DNA of 64,000 nt from Gemmatimonas sp. (GTDB lineage: Bacteria; Gemmatimonadota; Gemmatimonadetes; Gemmatimonadales; Gemmatimonadaceae): contig JANNVQ010000049.1 of the NCBI GenBank assembly GCA_031414535.1, positions 96,001 to 160,000 on the forward strand, in the 5' to 3' direction. Both the position numbers and the translations under genes were made by a program. Below are positions 62,525-64,000 of this stretch, piece by piece. The notes under the pieces were generated by a model. That model did no database searches and was not told the origin of the DNA. It saw nothing but the letters and a program-made list of their open reading frames with translations. The number at the start of each line of letters is the position of its first letter. Positions within the stretch are counted from its first letter, which is position 1.

Positions 62525-62542
62525 GGCGTTCGCGGCTGTGCC

Positions 62543-64000
62543 TTACTGCCCTCGCACCGCACGCGTCGCACGTTCAATCGCGGCCGTCGCGGCATCAAAA
62601 CGCCCGACGAGATCCTGCAACTCCGCCGCGAATACCGCCTCGGTGCCGTAGCGAATTGCTTCGTTCACCGATGGGAACACCATCGTCCCATAGCCGTTAT
62701 CCACGTCGGCTACGTATATGAGATTCCTATACCAAGGCCGAGAACGCAAGCCCTCCGGCCTCGTCATCGCGCGCTCGACTTCGCGGAGCGCGGCGTTCGT
62801 CGGGACCTGACGCGCGCGCGAAATGCCCGTCGCCAGAGCGGAATCGCGCGTTGCATTGAACGTTTGCGCCGCGCGTTCCATGCGGTCGATTGCCGCCGCG
62901 AGCGGCGCCGATGACCCACGCCACGAGCGTTCTCGCAGCGCGCGGTCAACTGGGGCCAGATAGCGCCGCATGGTGCGCGCGAACTCGGCGTAGTCGTACG
63001 GGAGCACGTCGGCATTCGCGAGTCGCATCATCATCAGCGTCCCCACACGTGCCGCCGCCGCGTGATACCGATACCCCGGATCGCCAAAGCGCTCCATGAA
63101 CGTGTAGGAGTCGTAGTTCGAGTGGTAAATCCCGTTGCCGCCGCCAAACCCCCAGTCACTATGCGGAATCCCGAGGTGATTGTAGAAGCCAGCAAAGTCG
63201 GAGCCACCACCAGGATCGCCCATCGCCGGTTCCTCTCCCTCGGGCACGCGCGACCGGCCCCGCCACACCTCGTATACGGAGCCCGCGCCGCTGGGATCGG
63301 GCACGCTGCGTGCCACGTCGCGCAGGAGCGCGCGCAAGCTCGGACTGCCACCGCCACCGAACGAAGGTCCGCTCGCGGACACATCTTGATTGAGATAGGC
63401 CACCGCACCGCGCATCAAGCGCAGCGAATCGTCCTCCACGTATTCGGTGGAGCCAACCAAGCCCCATTCCTCGGCGTCCCATGTCGCGAAGACCAAGGTA
63501 CGCCTTGGCCGCCAGCCTGCGCGCATCTGTTCGGCCACCGCGCGCGCGGCTTCAACCACACTCACCGTGCCAGACACATTGTCCACAGCGCCGGGGCTCC
63601 ACGCGTCGCGGTGTGCACCGATGATGACGAGTTCATCGGGGAAGTCCGTGCCGCGGATAATGCCGTAGGTGTTCCAGATCGGCTTGAGAGCCGCCGTCGC
63701 CGAGTCACTGAACACGCGTACGCGAGCCACCACTGGACCGGGGCCAACGTGATAGCGGAATGACAAGCCCCCCTGCCAGGTGGCCGGAATGTCGCGGCCA
63801 CGCACATCACGCAGGAGTTCAATAGCGTTGCCGTACGACAGCGGTAGCACGGGAATACGCGGCACCGGCATTTGGTCGAGCGGAATGCGCGGCGCGCCCG
63901 CCTTCGACGCATAGCCAGGCGTGGACGGATCACCCGCACCATTCATGACGCTGCCGCGCTGCACGCCGCGGTCATTGCGATACGCACCCTCGGGGTAGAC
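62543..64000 (-). CDS. M28 peptidase, glutamate carboxypeptidase II/transferrin-receptor-like (partial, 5' end outside window)
   Basis: GDPSTPGY, IGAHRDAW, AVDNVSG, WDAEEWGLVGSTE, GSDF, YHSNYD, C-terminal TFR dimer-like region. Confidence 0.9.
   Translation of the reverse strand, partial: VYPEGAYRNDRGVQRGSVMNGAGDPSTPGYASKAGAPRIPLDQMPVPRIPVLPLSYGNAIELLRDVRGRDIPATWQGGLSFRYHVGPGPVVARVRVFSDSATAALKPIWNTYGIIRGTDFPDELVIIGAHRDAWSPGAVDNVSGTVSVVEAARAVAEQMRAGWRPRRTLVFATWDAEEWGLVGSTEYVEDDSLRLMRGAVAYLNQDVSASGPSFGGGGSPSLRALLRDVARSVPDPSGAGSVYEVWRGRSRVPEGEEPAMGDPGGGSDFAGFYNHLGIPHSDWGFGGGNGIYHSNYDSYTFMERFGDPGYRYHAAAARVGTLMMMRLANADVLPYDYAEFARTMRRYLAPVDRALRERSWRGSSAPLAAAIDRMERAAQTFNATRDSALATGISRARQVPTNAALREVERAMTRPEGLRSRPWYRNLIYVADVDNGYGTMVFPSVNEAIRYGTEAVFAAELQDLVGRFDAATAAIERATRAVRGQ

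Overview
GC-rich bacterial chromosomal window, probably from a phototrophic Gemmatimonadota. That assignment is inferred from gene content and protein style and is not proven. Bases 1-21.4 kb are the end of an anoxygenic photosynthesis gene cluster (PGC): bchB(partial)-bchN-bchF on the minus strand, then divergently aerR/ppaA-ppsR-bchG-pucC-like-bchP-tspO. This runs directly into a complete C5 tetrapyrrole pathway (hemA,E,F,Y and hemC,D,B,L) split by a convergent heme oxygenase/bacteriophytochrome pair. Three PpsR-type TGT-N12-ACA operator regions are visible, and a tRNA-Cys gene follows the block. The rest is mostly housekeeping or accessory: an Oar-like TonB-dependent receptor with an unusual C-terminal extension, a VTT/DedA pseudogene, amidase, hydrolases, GSIII and GSI glutamine synthetases, MATE, a degenerate HD-GYP regulator, an RND pump, a histone H1-like protein, an orphan RepA-like protein, S41 protease, SPFH, YhaM-like nuclease, fumarase, TPM/NTase/LemA, cold-shock protein, NrtR-like regulator, MoeB and an M28 peptidase. 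The best candidates for an undescribed system are (i) an ATP-grasp + ATP-grasp/SET-methyltransferase fusion + unannotated 57-aa Lys-rich peptide operon, and (ii) a circuit in which a BphP1-type phytochrome, AerR and a PpsR lacking the HTH redox Cys appear wired to the whole C5 heme pathway. No CRISPR array, rRNA, transposase or integrase was seen.
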